A DNA stretch of 63,805 bases, filler included, from Sluysia triapertura (Eukaryota), in the NCBI GenBank assembly GCA_046118255.1. It is 5 parts of 5 records of this genome, joined end to end, with 100 filler letters (N's around TTAATTAATTAA, not from the genome) between each part and the next. Parts side by side here need not be neighbours in the genome. Positions count along the whole stretch, not along the records: positions 12,532 to 24,643 come from JBJNIA010138281.1; positions 24,744 to 36,263 come from JBJNIA010183823.1; 3 more parts are not named here. One strand, written 5' to 3'. This document shows, one piece after another, positions 12,680-25,850 of this stretch. Position 1 is the stretch's first letter; every line of letters starts with the position of its first letter. A program made the position numbers and the translations under genes. Under the pieces are notes generated by a model, which made no database searches, was not told where the DNA came from, and saw only the letters and a list, made by a program, of their open reading frames with translations.

Positions 12680-13876
12680 ATGACTAGTAATCAAATTGTA
12701 ATAAATTTGACAACATTTACGAACCAACCAAGTAATTTCACCAATAGACCCGATATTCATGGTAAACTTATTATGCAAGTATATGGTGCTTTATTGCTTT
12801 TTCTTGGTGTACCGGCAAATTGTTTATGTGGTTTTGTTATGGGTACTGATACATCGAATCATACCAGCACCAGATTATTAATGATTTTATTGGCTATATT
12901 TGATAATTTAGTTTTGTTGGTACCGTTTTTAAGGTACTGGTTTCTGTTGACCTTGAAATTTGATTTCCGCGAATTAGATCCAAATGGTTGTTTTTTGCAT
13001 TCATTTTTGTCTGCTATGGCAACCGATGCTTCAGTTTCAATTCTGTGTGCTATAGCATTAGAACGTTTTATTGTAGTAGCTTATCCATTGGTTTCTCAGG
13101 CACTAGTTACTATTAGAAACACTGTTATAGTTTGTTTTGCAACAATTGCCGTACTTGTCGTAAAAAATCTACCAAATTTTCTTTTTCGTGAATTTAATCC
13201 ATATTCCGATAGCAAAAAATGTACAATAAATAAAAATTGGGAAATGTTCGTATCGATATTTGCTAAAATTGATTTATTTACTTACGGAGTTTTACCTTAT
13301 CTAATCCTAATACCAACAAATGTTTATATATTTGTTGTTTTACGACGTCAAAGTCGTTTATTTAAATCGAAAATGTCGACTGGTAATTATGATAATCATC
13401 CTTTACAATGTGCGACAACAGCAACAACAACAACAACAGCAGTAGCAAGAAGATCAACAAGATCTTCACGAAATCCCCAAAATACTATTAAATTACTAAC
13501 TGCTTTGTCATTAATTCATGGTATAACAACAATACCAACAACATTATGGAATTTACTGCTTTTGATTTCACCTACTATGGATTCAGTACAGCATAAACAT
13601 ACTATAGCACTTTTACTCATCAATTTAATGTTTACAAACAATGCCACTAATTTTCTTGCTTACACAATATCATCAAACAGTTTCCGTAATCGATTAGTTC
13701 AACTGTTTACTTGTTCTAATTGCTGTCGTCATAGTAATATGTCTATTAAATCCAGATTTGATTTTACTAGAAATAAAAATGGTGATATAGAAAAATTACC
13801 TGACAATCACTTAATGGCTGCTGGTTATGAGAGTTTTATTAAAGATAGAAATACTATTATAATAGAAAATCCATAA
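12680..13876 (+). CDS. Single-exon rhodopsin-family (class A) GPCR, invertebrate peptide-receptor type
   Basis: Intact 398-aa ORF with seven hydrophobic segments: TM1 GVPAN, TM2 LAIFD, TM3 Cys and ALERFIVVAYP (DRY variant ERF), TM5 YGVLP, TM6 TTIP, TM7 NNATNFLAY...FR; N-terminal N-glycosylation sequons (NLT, NFT). Confidence 0.93.
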   Translation: MTSNQIVINLTTFTNQPSNFTNRPDIHGKLIMQVYGALLLFLGVPANCLCGFVMGTDTSNHTSTRLLMILLAIFDNLVLLVPFLRYWFLLTLKFDFRELDPNGCFLHSFLSAMATDASVSILCAIALERFIVVAYPLVSQALVTIRNTVIVCFATIAVLVVKNLPNFLFREFNPYSDSKKCTINKNWEMFVSIFAKIDLFTYGVLPYLILIPTNVYIFVVLRRQSRLFKSKMSTGNYDNHPLQCATTATTTTTAVARRSTRSSRNPQNTIKLLTALSLIHGITTIPTTLWNLLLLISPTMDSVQHKHTIALLLINLMFTNNATNFLAYTISSNSFRNRLVQLFTCSNCCRHSNMSIKSRFDFTRNKNGDIEKLPDNHLMAAGYESFIKDRNTIIIENP

Positions 13877-16800
13877 CAAAAATAAAAAGTAAGCTAATGT
13901 TTTTTAACTAAATTAATTCTAATAGATAAGTTACAATGAATTTGATATTTTAATAAGTTTTTATTATTTTCAATGTTAAATTAAAGTAAAACGTCATGTT
14001 AAAGATTTGATCATAAAATTATCAAGTAATACATATTATTAAAAACTCCAACATAAAATAAGTTAACTTTATAGTTGAATAGTAATTTATTTTAAGGTCA
14101 GCTTAAAATTCCTTTTATATATTTTATAAATACATTATTCTCGTTATTTGTTTTAATATTCAAAACAATGTCTAAAAACGATTTGAAAGATTGTTTCCTG
14201 TTTATTCAATTAGATTGCCAAAAACTCTCGGATACATAAAGACTAACGTATAAAATTCAACATTTAAGACTTTAATTTATTTACAAGATATAAAATAATC
14301 TACATTATAAAATCATTTATTTCAATGAAAGTCGCACATCTTTTATTATTATTATTATCATTATTATTATTATTATCATTATTATTATTATTAAATCCGA
14401 AATATGTTACGATTTAGTTATCAAGCAAATTTTAATAATAAAACAGTTTGAGTTACAATAAAAGGTGTGTCGCATTGATGTAGTTTTATATTTTTCTTTA
14501 AAATCAATTTCTGTCTTTTTCCTATTATGATATCTTTATTTCAACATGACTCAAAATAACTAACACTCACCAATGATGTCAACTTTAAACATAAATTGTC
14601 TGTTTCACTTCAACAAATAAAATGCAAAGTATCGCCATTATTACAGGGTTTCCGTTCTTATTTCAATTTTGCCATATTTCAATGCAAAAAGAATAATTAA
14701 ATTTTTCAAAATTTAAATACTTAAAATTAAAATTTAAGTTTTAAATTAACACTAAATGAAATAAGGATTAATAAAATTTTATAATTATAACAAAATTGAA
14801 ACCATGTTAACTGGTGAATATTAAGAACCTCCTATGAATTAACAATTAATTGTAAATATAGTATGTCAACTTAAATTCTGATTGGTAATTGTTCAGGTAT
14901 TTGTGTTCATATTTGACTGAAATGTGCAACATATTAAATCTCTATTTAAAATAATCAAACTAAATATTCAAATCGTATATTCTTAGTTATAAGTAACACG
15001 TTTTTGAAACATTTGACAGTAAATATATTAGTTATAAAAATGTATTATTTTATTTTATTATTTTGATAAGACAACAAAATTAAATCTATTAAGGAAACAC
15101 ATTTTAAACTATTTATCAGAAGTCATCTTCTTGGTCAATGCTTTTATTTCAGATGCTTTTTCAAATGATAGAAGAGATGGAATTCGTCTGAACGAGATCT
15201 GTTCATTAGTTATTCCCTGTATTAGTTATAATGTGGTGAAATATGTAGAGGCTTTTATTCTTTTTCACGTGCAGTTAAAATAAAATATCTAAGTAATACT
15301 TTGAATTAAAACTTTAGCAGAATCTTTTCTATTCATCTACCATTCATCAGATGGTATAAATAAAGGAAGTGAAGTTCAGTTTTCTTCGACAAGTTTTAAG
15401 TTTAAATTACGTAATTTACGTAGTTTATTTTATGTTTTATGAGTCCCTGTGATGTTGGTTAAGGGCCAATTCAACGAAAGATAATAATGCAAGTATTTTT
15501 GGAGTCAAATAAGATAATGTCACATATTCAATTCCGCTATTAGAGAGATTAGACTTTGTGTAGTTTATATGAAATCCGTTTTATGAGTATCTTTATTTAA
15601 TCTTGAATTTTAATTTACTATCAACAATAAATTTTATTATTATTTTCTGTTATTGGATATTGTAAATGTTGAGACTATAGAATTTATTTATAACAATTCT
15701 ATAAATAACAATTAATCAAAAATGGTTTATTTGTCGAAAAACAAAAATGTATTAATCCAAGTAAATAAACAATTATAGTTAGTAAATACAAAAATAATTA
15801 AACAATGAATATAGTTTTTTCAATGATGAATGTTCCTTTAAGTTTTAATAAAAATTTAGTTAATATATAAATATTGTCACCAATTAAACAATGTATAATT
15901 ATATTACAATTATTAGATCAGATTATTTACACAAATGAATTGTGTTTATCAAAGTATAATGAGAAATTTATTAAGAGAAAGTATTTGTTATTATTATTGA
16001 CTCTTGCAGTAATAATTGTTGATTAATTTAAATTAGGACATTTAATTTTTTGCAATTTTTTAAAATTTACTACAATATTAACTAAAAGACTTTACGTAAT
16101 TAATTTATTCTCTTTTATTAAAATAGATAATGCATAAGAACAAAAACTAACGATTTTTAACTATTTTGTTTTTTAAAATTTAAAAAATTAAATCAGGTCT
16201 GTCAATACAACGATACTTATTGTGGATTTTTCTTTAGAATTGATGATTAGAATAACAAAATTTGATCGGCGTTCGTGAATAAATATTTTGAATAATAGCC
16301 AAGTAATACATTAATAACTTTATGAGACTGCGTGACAAAAAATGATTTAACTCATCTGATATAATTTTTTAAATCACAAATTAACAAACGTTATTAAAAA
16401 TGTGAGTGCTTATCAATGTTAAGTGTTTTTACATTAAATTTAATCATTGACCTTACTCACTAAATCATTCATTCAATTTTAATACTTGTGACTAGATTTT
16501 TTACTAATATTATGACTAATTTGGCACTTTTATTATAATTTTGATAATAATAATATTATAATATAATAATAACGATGACAAATACTTATTTTCAAAATTC
16601 TAATAATTGTATTAAATTAAATTAATTAAATTGCATTTATTTAATAAACTAATTAAATTTTGTAAATTTTACATACATTAGATTTCATAAATTATAAATG
16701 TTACAGTTTCATATATTTGCATATAAAAAAGTGACATCATATATCAGAATTGAACAAAAGATGTTTATTTCCTTTTTTCTTAAAATTTCACCTACAATTG

Positions 16801-17045
16801 AAAACATACTAGGTTATTAAAATATAGATTTATTTTGGATTTAAATAATATTTTATCAAATTTAAAGTTTTAAATGTAACTGTTATAGGTTTTTAATAAT
16901 TTTAATGAAAGTTTAAATAATAATTTAAACATTTGTATTTGTTGATTTATTATCACTATTGTATTATCGCTATTGTTCCAACTTCCATAATTAAATAAAC
17001 TATTATTTTGTATTTTATTATAATTTTAATATTTTTATATTACAA

Positions 17046-17048
<3 letters not shown>

Positions 17049-17100
<52 letters not shown>
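17049..17100. repeat. (ATT)n microsatellite
   Basis: Pure ATT run. Similar runs occur at ~14343-14392, 21795-21858, 42347-42388, 43612-43670 and 62095-62133. Confidence 0.95.
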
Positions 17101-19239
17101 GTAATAATAAATTATTTTTAATTTTAAGTATACTTCTAATTCTACTTATTATGAGTAAATGTAGTGTTTTAGTAATATTATTTATGATAAAAATAAGTTA
17201 AAAAATGGAAACATTAGAATTGAAAGTTATGAGATTGAAATTTTAAATGAATTAATTAATGGCTTTCAAAAGAAATGAATGATAAAAATAGGAAAGGAAA
17301 CTTTAAAAAATTTAATTGATATTTTAAATAATAATAATAATATGTTAAAAAGAAAATTGTCAAAGATATCGACCATCACGATAATAGTTAATCTTTCATA
17401 ATTTAAAAATGGTTACATGGTTAAAATTGTTAATGATGTAATTGTTAAATTTATCGAATATTTTAAAATAAATGTAAGTTAAAAATCATAATGAATGATT
17501 TTTAATCATACAGTATGACTAAACAGTTGATTAATCAGTTTAACTGTGAAGTAACTTATCAATATATCATAAGTACAATATCTTAGTTTGTCTTGCGGGC
17601 GATGTTCAAAGTGTATCTTATTCAAAGATCAGAAACATTATTGAACAATGTCGATAATACATTAAGACCACCTACTGTGTCAGTCATTTCTCAGTCTGGT
17701 CGTGTTCATCAGTTAAAACTCCAAAACAAAAAACAATTATTTAATCACAATAGTCAGTTAAATGCTTATGATTGTGTTATTTGTATTTTATATTTTGCGG
17801 CTGCGATATTGTTAAGACTTGTTATTTGTGAACTTGTTTTAAGTTTACAAGGTTATCGAATATATTAAATGTTTTTCATTTGTATTCGTTATTAATTAAA
17901 GTTTTATTCGAGCTGACATTTTCAAATTTAAAATTCAATCTGCTCTAACTTCAAAATCATCTCACGGGCTAGAATTCTTAGATTAATAAAGTGTATTTTC
18001 ATGTTGAAGCCATTAACAAAATTGTTAAGCACGTCAACAAAAGCCTCAGATGAAGGGAATACTAAAGCAACTAAATTAATTGATATAAAATCGTCCTTAT
18101 AACACTGTGAAACAAAATAACACTTACTTGTGTTTGTATTCTTCGATCTCTAGACTTATGGGAAACCAAACAAATTGCTGATATATGACAATATCTAATC
18201 ATATGGTATCATTATTTTTGCATAGTCAGGGATCCCATAAAATATTCCCTTTATGTATTAAAATTCAACACAAATATTTATTAAAATTCTTCTATGAATA
18301 ACTATTGGGTTTTCCCCATAAAATATACATTAGCATAACTATTTTAAATTTACCCATGCTTTCTACTAATTCTACTTTTCTACAAAACAATAAATTTGGC
18401 TTTTAAATATATTACATTTAAAATAGTATAAAATAAAATACTTTTTTTATAAAATATAATTTTTACTTTTAAATATTATGCGCAATGATTTTATAAATAT
18501 TTAAACAAACTTTATATAACAGTGAATTTAAATCTGATTGTAGGGAAATCATATAAAATACATCACACTTCATCATATAAAAACATTTCATACATACATA
18601 GAACATTAAACAAACTACTTAACTCATTCAAAAAACATTGTTATGAACTATAGTTATTGTTATAATAAATCAAATCATATTAAAATATATAATTATTATG
18701 ACTATTGTCATATAATAACTTTTATAATAATATTAATACAGCATTATTTTAAAAATATATAAAATATATACGTTATTGTTATCATTATTATTTCTCTTAT
18801 CTATATATTCAATCTTTCTTCTTATATTTCTGATGTAAAATTAGGAGATCTCGAAAATGAAACCCCACAAAAAAAGAACCTATTAAAGTATCATTCTCTC
18901 AGAACCCGCACTTTCACTCAATTCGAAATCAATATTTTCCATCCAATGAAACTCCAAACAATCAAAAGAAAATGTGCCCATACATCATCAGAATCATCAT
19001 CGTCACCAAGTTCAAACAAGCATATAATTTAACACTATTTCTACAACTTTTTTTTGTGTATACCTATTTTTACCTAAAAATTGTATATTTAGATCTAGTA
19101 TGAGCTAAAAGAAAATTATACTATTAAATAAATGTAACAATTATACATATATTGAGAAAAATGGTTAAAGTTAAAAAATTTTAAAACAAAATATTTAATA
19201 AATTTAATAAATATTTTTATGGATTTATCGATGAATAAT

Positions 19240-20110
19240 TAGAAACTCGAGGCTTAATCTACGAATTATGTCAAAAGTTAATTTATATATTCTTGAAAAT
19301 TTTTTTGAAATATATAGCAACATTGAATTTTTAATCGTGGATTATGAAGAATTAAAAATTTTTCTGGATGATGATAAAATTAACATTCAAAATGAAATTA
19401 TTTTATTTCAAGCTATTATTAAATGGATTGAAAAATCGTGAAATACATTTAATTTCTTTACTTAACTGTTTAGGACTAGCTAGATCGATTTTAAACGAAA
19501 TAAAGTCAATTAAAAAATTAATACGGTTAAAATTTTGCCACATTCTTCAAAATTGATTTTGGTATTAACGAAGCGTAAAGTTTTACGCAGAAAGCGTGGT
19601 ATGCGCGTTTTACTTGAAGCACATTATTTAAGTTTACCACATCATTGTAATTTAGTTTTTGGTGGAGGTATGTTTTGTTCACCCTATCGTAAAATGAAAG
19701 TATATAATAATCGTGATGAGACTCTAATATACCAACCGGACGAGTTTTTTTTGAAACAGTCGTAGTGGATGATTATTTTTACATGCTTGCTGGTCTAAGC
19801 GAAAAGTTTTTATCAACATCATCGGTATTTAAGTTTTCACTGCATATTCTTAAATGGTCACCATCAGCACCAATGCAAGAATGTCGTTCCTTTTTTGTAT
19901 CTATCGTTTTAAACAATCAAATATGCGCTATTGGATGACAACGTGAAGGTTAGGAAACTTTGTCCAGTGTGGAAGGATATAGTAATAAAACAAATCGTTG
20001 GGAATATATAGCTCAGCAACTCTTGATAATAAGATACATGTATTTGGTGAAAATCCAGTGTTCACAAAAATAGGTTCTAAGAATATGGTTGGTCATCATT
20101 CAATGACTGT
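19240..20110 (+). pseudogene. Kelch-like (BACK plus kelch repeats, KLHL10-like) decayed copy
   Basis: YILENFFEIYSNIEFLIVDYEELKIFLDDDKINIQNEIILFQAIIKWI is BACK-like. DYFYMLAG...KWSPSAPMQECRSFFVSIVLNNQICAIG*...LSSVEGYSNKTNRWEYIA are kelch repeats. Several frameshifts and stops; no obvious introns. Confidence 0.82.
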
Positions 20111-21791
20111 TCATTAACGTTATTATTATTTTTCTAAATGTTATGTTTTTTGTTAAAATTGTTATCTCTAAAAGACCTTAAGTCTAGTTCATTAATTAAA
20201 AAAGTTTAACATTTTGTTAATTGTTTCTAAATTTCTTTTTTCGAATAATTGTTATAAAAGAAAAGAAATAAACAAAAATAATTATAATTTGCTAATTTTA
20301 AAGTATAAAAAGCCCTCCCCACACTGATGCTAAACCTTTTGACACTACCATTTATATAAATTTTTATTTTTAAAATTATTTTTAATTTCTACATGAATTA
20401 AGTTTTGAAGAAATAACATGTTTTGAGGATTTTGATAATATAATTAAGATTTTATGCAAATTAAAACTACTCCTGTAATTACTTGTGTTCAATTTTGTTA
20501 CTAATTTATTCAAATTAGGATTGCTCTTGTAATTAATTATATTTAATTATTTTTTTGTTTTATAATTTCTTTATTAAAGTAAAATTTAATTATTAAATTC
20601 AAAGATGTCGAAACTATAACATATGCTAAAGGGACAATTGACCCAAAAATAAACAAGTAACGAAAAACACTAATATGAATTCTATAACAGAAATAACAGC
20701 AAATAAATCTAACTTTCTAGTTCACTTTGTTGTAATTGTTTTTGTGTAATGCGTCGTTTTTTCGTTTGATTATATCGTTTATTTCGTCTTACACGATGTA
20801 AAATTTATATTTCTAATTTTATTTAGTTTACGTTCACATCGTTTTACAAAAGAGAAAAATAAAAAATATTAAATATTAAACAAATAAATATTGTTTTAAT
20901 TAATAATCATGATGCAATATAAAAATCACTTAATCGATGAAGTAGAGATCAACTAGAATTATGTCATTAATGTTAGCTTTATTATCCACCTGACTTGATT
21001 TAGATCAGTTTCCATAATAAACCATTGTCACGAGCAGAATCTCAAATTAGAATGAAGTTTTTAAAGGTCTATTGCTTGGAAGATTTTGGTCTATTCTTGA
21101 TTACCTTCGTCATATGAGTTTGATCTACTGTGTTTTTCTTATGAAGTCTCACTTACAATTTCAACGGATTTTATTCTATCTTGTTTCGTCTTTCCAATGT
21201 TCTACGCATTTAAGAATAATGACCAAGGACATTCAAGAAGCATTCTCTATCTAAGAGTACACATTGCAATATGTTATTGCTTTTATAGTTGCATCATGTC
21301 ATGCATTAGCCACAAACAAATGCAAACTAAAAATAATGAATAATAAATACATTTACATAAAATCGAAAAGAAACAGTTGTAATGTATGAAAGTAGAAGTG
21401 GTAAAATAGAGAGTTAGGGAACAACAATATTACGAAGACAATATAATAATATTAAATTTTAGATTACAGTTGTTTGTAAATGTTAATTCAGGTGTTGTTA
21501 TCATTACTATGATAGTTGTAAAATTTGGTGCATTTTGTGTTACTTTGTTGTATTAGTGTTTCCGATTTTTCTGTGTTAGGTTGAGTCAAAGTTTCTTATG
21601 CACTTCTTTATGATAATTATGTTTTTGGAGATGAATTCGCAATTTTATTGAAATGATTTATGAAAGTAAAACTACGACAAAAAGAGATATATCGGATTTA
21701 CTTACATAAAAGACTGATGTAATGCTTTAAACAAGAATGTTTTACAGACCAAATAGATAAACTGGCTTTTAATCAAGCTCTTAAAAATGCA

Positions 21792-21844
<53 letters not shown>

Positions 21845-24539
21845 GTAATAATAATAATATCAAAATTTTTCAGCATACATCAATACATAAATAAATTTAA
21901 AATTACATTCTTTAATCATATTTACATTTAAAAACATAGGATAAATTATCTTTATTGATAAAATAATTCTCGAGCATGAAAACAATTAAGAAACGTAATT
22001 AACTATAATTATCAAATGAATTTAATTTCCAAACTTATCACAAAATTTCTCTCTATTATTACATAAGAAGAAATTGAAAAGTTTCAAAAAAAGGAATGTT
22101 AATAAAAGATTAGATTTTAATGTCGAAAATATTTATAAATAGATAATTGAAATAGAATTGCTTCACAATTCCATAAATTACTTGACTCATGCTATTATGG
22201 CATTAAAAGTATTTTCTATTGGAAGTATTAGAAAGATTCCGAAATCTTGATGTTTACGGAGAATACAATTTATGAAAAAATTTATTACATATTATTATCA
22301 CTGTTTCATACTATTATAAAGAAATAACATTAATAATAAATAAATATTTAATCATTGTAAAAGTAAATAAATATTTAATAAAATAAATAAAATTATACTC
22401 AATAAAAATGACTTTTTGAAAATGGAAAGGAAACAATCCATAAATATACTGAAAAATAATAAAAAATAAGGAAGAATGAATCCAAGAAGCAAAAGCGCGA
22501 CTCACCAAGTAGTCTTAAACTCTGGGTTCGCCTACAGTGCACCATTTCTGCTCTCTATAGGATTTTAAGAGTTTATTCCTAACTTAACTAATGCTAATGT
22601 ACTTGATTACTCTTAATGGCAACTGTATTTTTGTAAGATTTATATTAACATTAATTTCTTGTCGAATCTCTTTATACTAAGTGAAAAGGTTTGTTTCTAA
22701 AATCTTTATTTAATTATTTTCTTTTATAAAATATGTCATCCTAGAAATTATCGTGATTCTTTAATTAGTTTCAGTTCGATGAATTTCTATAATCTAGTTT
22801 AAGAAATTTTTCATTCAACTCGACAATAATCCTGGGTTTTTAATTTATTTACACAACAAAAATTCAATTGTCACTAACATGAAATATATTTCAATACATG
22901 ACCATTTTAAACGTAAATAGATACAAACGCAGATTATTATAATGAATTATAAAACACACAAATATGTTGAGATTTTATGACTAATCATAAGTTAGCCTCA
23001 GAATAAACAAAGGTTAAAAGTGTAGTATATATAATAAACAAAATTATATAATTATTTATAGAATAATTACATTAAAAGTTTGTTATTAAGTTTAACACTG
23101 GATAATTATATTTATTGATTTTAAAGCAATAACATTATGTTAGCCGTACAATTTAATAGATTTTATTTGATCACTTACTTATCTAATGGAAAAGACTTAC
23201 AATCAAAACTTAACCGGTCCATAAATGAAATAATGTATTTAATGAATAGTTCTTCATTGGAATTGATAAACTTAATGTAATTATGTTTATATCTTTCACT
23301 ATAACCAATAGAATGGATTTTTCCACAACAGGTGATTGATTCCAATTGCTACAGTAGAATTGTCTTTATTCCCAATGTACAATGTAATCAATTATTCAAG
23401 ATATAACTCGTAAGCATTAAATATTTATTAAATCAATTTTGAGTTAATGTTGATTTATTGAGTTTTGAAGTGGTAGATTTAATTGAATTTTGTATTGTAA
23501 AAAGTTGTAATATAGTAAACAAATTTTGTATTCCAAAGTTTAGAATATCTATTAATGTCATTAGAATTTATTTTTTAAAGATGTTTGATGATCATCTTTG
23601 TAAGAAAGGAAATGATGTCGAAAAAATAAATCGAATTGAATCAGAAATAGCAAACTTGCCATAGATTTTGATACGAATATAAAGTAGTATTTAGTTTCTT
23701 TATTAAAATTAGTAAATGTTTTGTTCAATTTACATAAACGTATAGAAGTTTTAATAACTTTGATAACATTGAATTAAAATATATTCAGTTTCGATAATTT
23801 GAATATTTAAATTTTCATTAACTTTTGATATACATATCCTTTTTTATTTATTACATTTCAATTTATTTTTGTAAATCTCATCATATTCCATTGTAATTTG
23901 CTTTAAAATATAGAATATCAATTATAATCTTAGCGCTACCATACCCTGATTCCGAATTTCCTAGGAGATTTATTTCGATATCGATCTCAGGTAATACTAA
24001 TAATAGAAAGACTGCTTCTCGAGAAGATATTCTCTTATTTTTGACCTCATGTTGAAATTTTTATTTCCAGTAAAATTTAATTCATTTAATAAAAGGCGCA
24101 TAGACCTAAACTTTAAATTAACAGTATAGATAATTACCATGAAATAACTAACATAAACTTAGATAAACAATAACACTCAAAACAGAAATGACAAAGCGAA
24201 TAACATCATACAATTTGGCAGTGAATGGGTTAATAACACATTTTTAATGATTTAATTGAAGTAAATGATTTTGAAAAGGATTGCAGGAATTTTTGTCATT
24301 TCAACAATTCAATATTGGCTGCAGCATCCATATTTAGTTTTTTATCCGATTTTGGTAAGTTATTTTCTATTAAGGTTCTTTTAACTTTAAACTACACTAA
24401 AAATTAATTTTAATTAAACCTTTTAATCCCCCATTTACTGAGGGATAAATTCATTTCTTATAATATTTTATACTTATAAAACATACTTATAAAATATTTA
24501 TACTTATAAAACTTACACTCAAAAATCGCACAACAGCTA

Positions 24540-24643
24540 GTTCACAAAAAACATAACATCTAAATAAATCACATTTCACACCATCGAATTACATTAACTG
24601 ATTCATCATAAACAATATTCGACATTTATAATAATTCAACAAC
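24540..24643 (+). repeat. C/A-rich interspersed repeat, truncated at the contig end
   Basis: catcgaattacattaactgattcatcataaacaatattcgacatttataataattcaacaac closely matches 54749-54810. Confidence 0.75.
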
Positions 24644-24743
24644 NNNNNNNNNNNNNNNNNNNNNNNNNNNNNNNNNNNNNNNNNNNNTTAATTAATTAAN
24701 NNNNNNNNNNNNNNNNNNNNNNNNNNNNNNNNNNNNNNNNNNN
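24644..24743. other. Artificial contig linker
   Basis: N44-TTAATTAATTAA-N44. Confidence 0.97.
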
Positions 24744-25649
24744 GATCTTATATATATATATATTTAAGACTTACAAATTTCTTTAACAATATCTGATATC
24801 CATATTCTCAATGTACCAAAATCAGTGATATAAGAATTTATCTGTAAACTACATACATCTAATGAGACCCACAATCATAATCTTACTATCTCTGGAAGCT
24901 GATAATAGTATTTTTACACATCTCAAGGGTGAGAGATCAACACATTTCCTTTTTATATGGAATATTCTCAAATACATGATTCTTCAATTGCTTTTACTAA
25001 AACTTGTTACAGGTTATCAATTGAATTAATTCTAACGCTTTTGAACAATAGTTTAAGCTTTTAATTTAAATTTTGCCCGCATTTCTGCCACACATCATTA
25101 AAATGCATTAAACTAATATCTTGGAATAATACATAAATTACATAGATAATGATAACTGCAAACAATAAAATAATACTGCTTATAATACGCATATTTATAA
25201 TACTTATTGAAATTATTATTATAATTGCAATATTCAAGAATTAAACCCACATTCAATTATCAATAAGACGTAGAAAACGTTCCAGAAAATTGTAAAGGCA
25301 AATGACAACACCGCATCGCCTGTATTATTAAGTAATTGTTTTTACCTCATTAACAAATTAATAATTAGTATTAATTGACAAAATTATCAACACTGAATTA
25401 TCAATGTCTTTCAAATCAAATAAGTTACATAATTTTTATTTCTTTTCGATTTATGTCTGTCATTAAACTACGATAAAACAAAACCCAAAGGAATATGGCT
25501 TACAATCGTAACCAACAATCGATAGAAAATTCACAATTAAAATACAGCTACTTTGAAAAATATAAAAAAATGAAACTAATCCAACATTATATTAAATTAT
25601 GAAACTAAGGTTGATGCAATATTTTAGTTCTATAATATCTAGCAAAAAT

Positions 25650-25850
25650 ATTTGCTATCCATATCTTTTTGTTTCGCTCCAATTGTTATCAAATTATATA
25701 AATATTCTGTTATTTCCGATTCCATTCCTTTGATTTTCAGAATTCTCAATATTTTACATCTTGTCACCCGCATGTTTACTGTTAGTTGCTATTTCTTCAA
25801 CACATATAATGGTCGTAGATCCCAACAATCTACAAATTCTTATTAGTTAT
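25650..25850 (-). mobile_element. Possible Helitron/PIF1-helicase relic
   Basis: Minus-strand translation CWDLRPLYVLKK*QLTVNMRV...EITEYLYNLITIG resembles the PIF1 W..(x)..LT.NMR...LL.IG motif; it is short and decayed. Confidence 0.35.

Noticed and set aside
21060-21240. RTE/LINE 3' remnant on the minus strand
   Set aside because: Only a weak GKTKQDRIKSVEI resemblance; not supportable.
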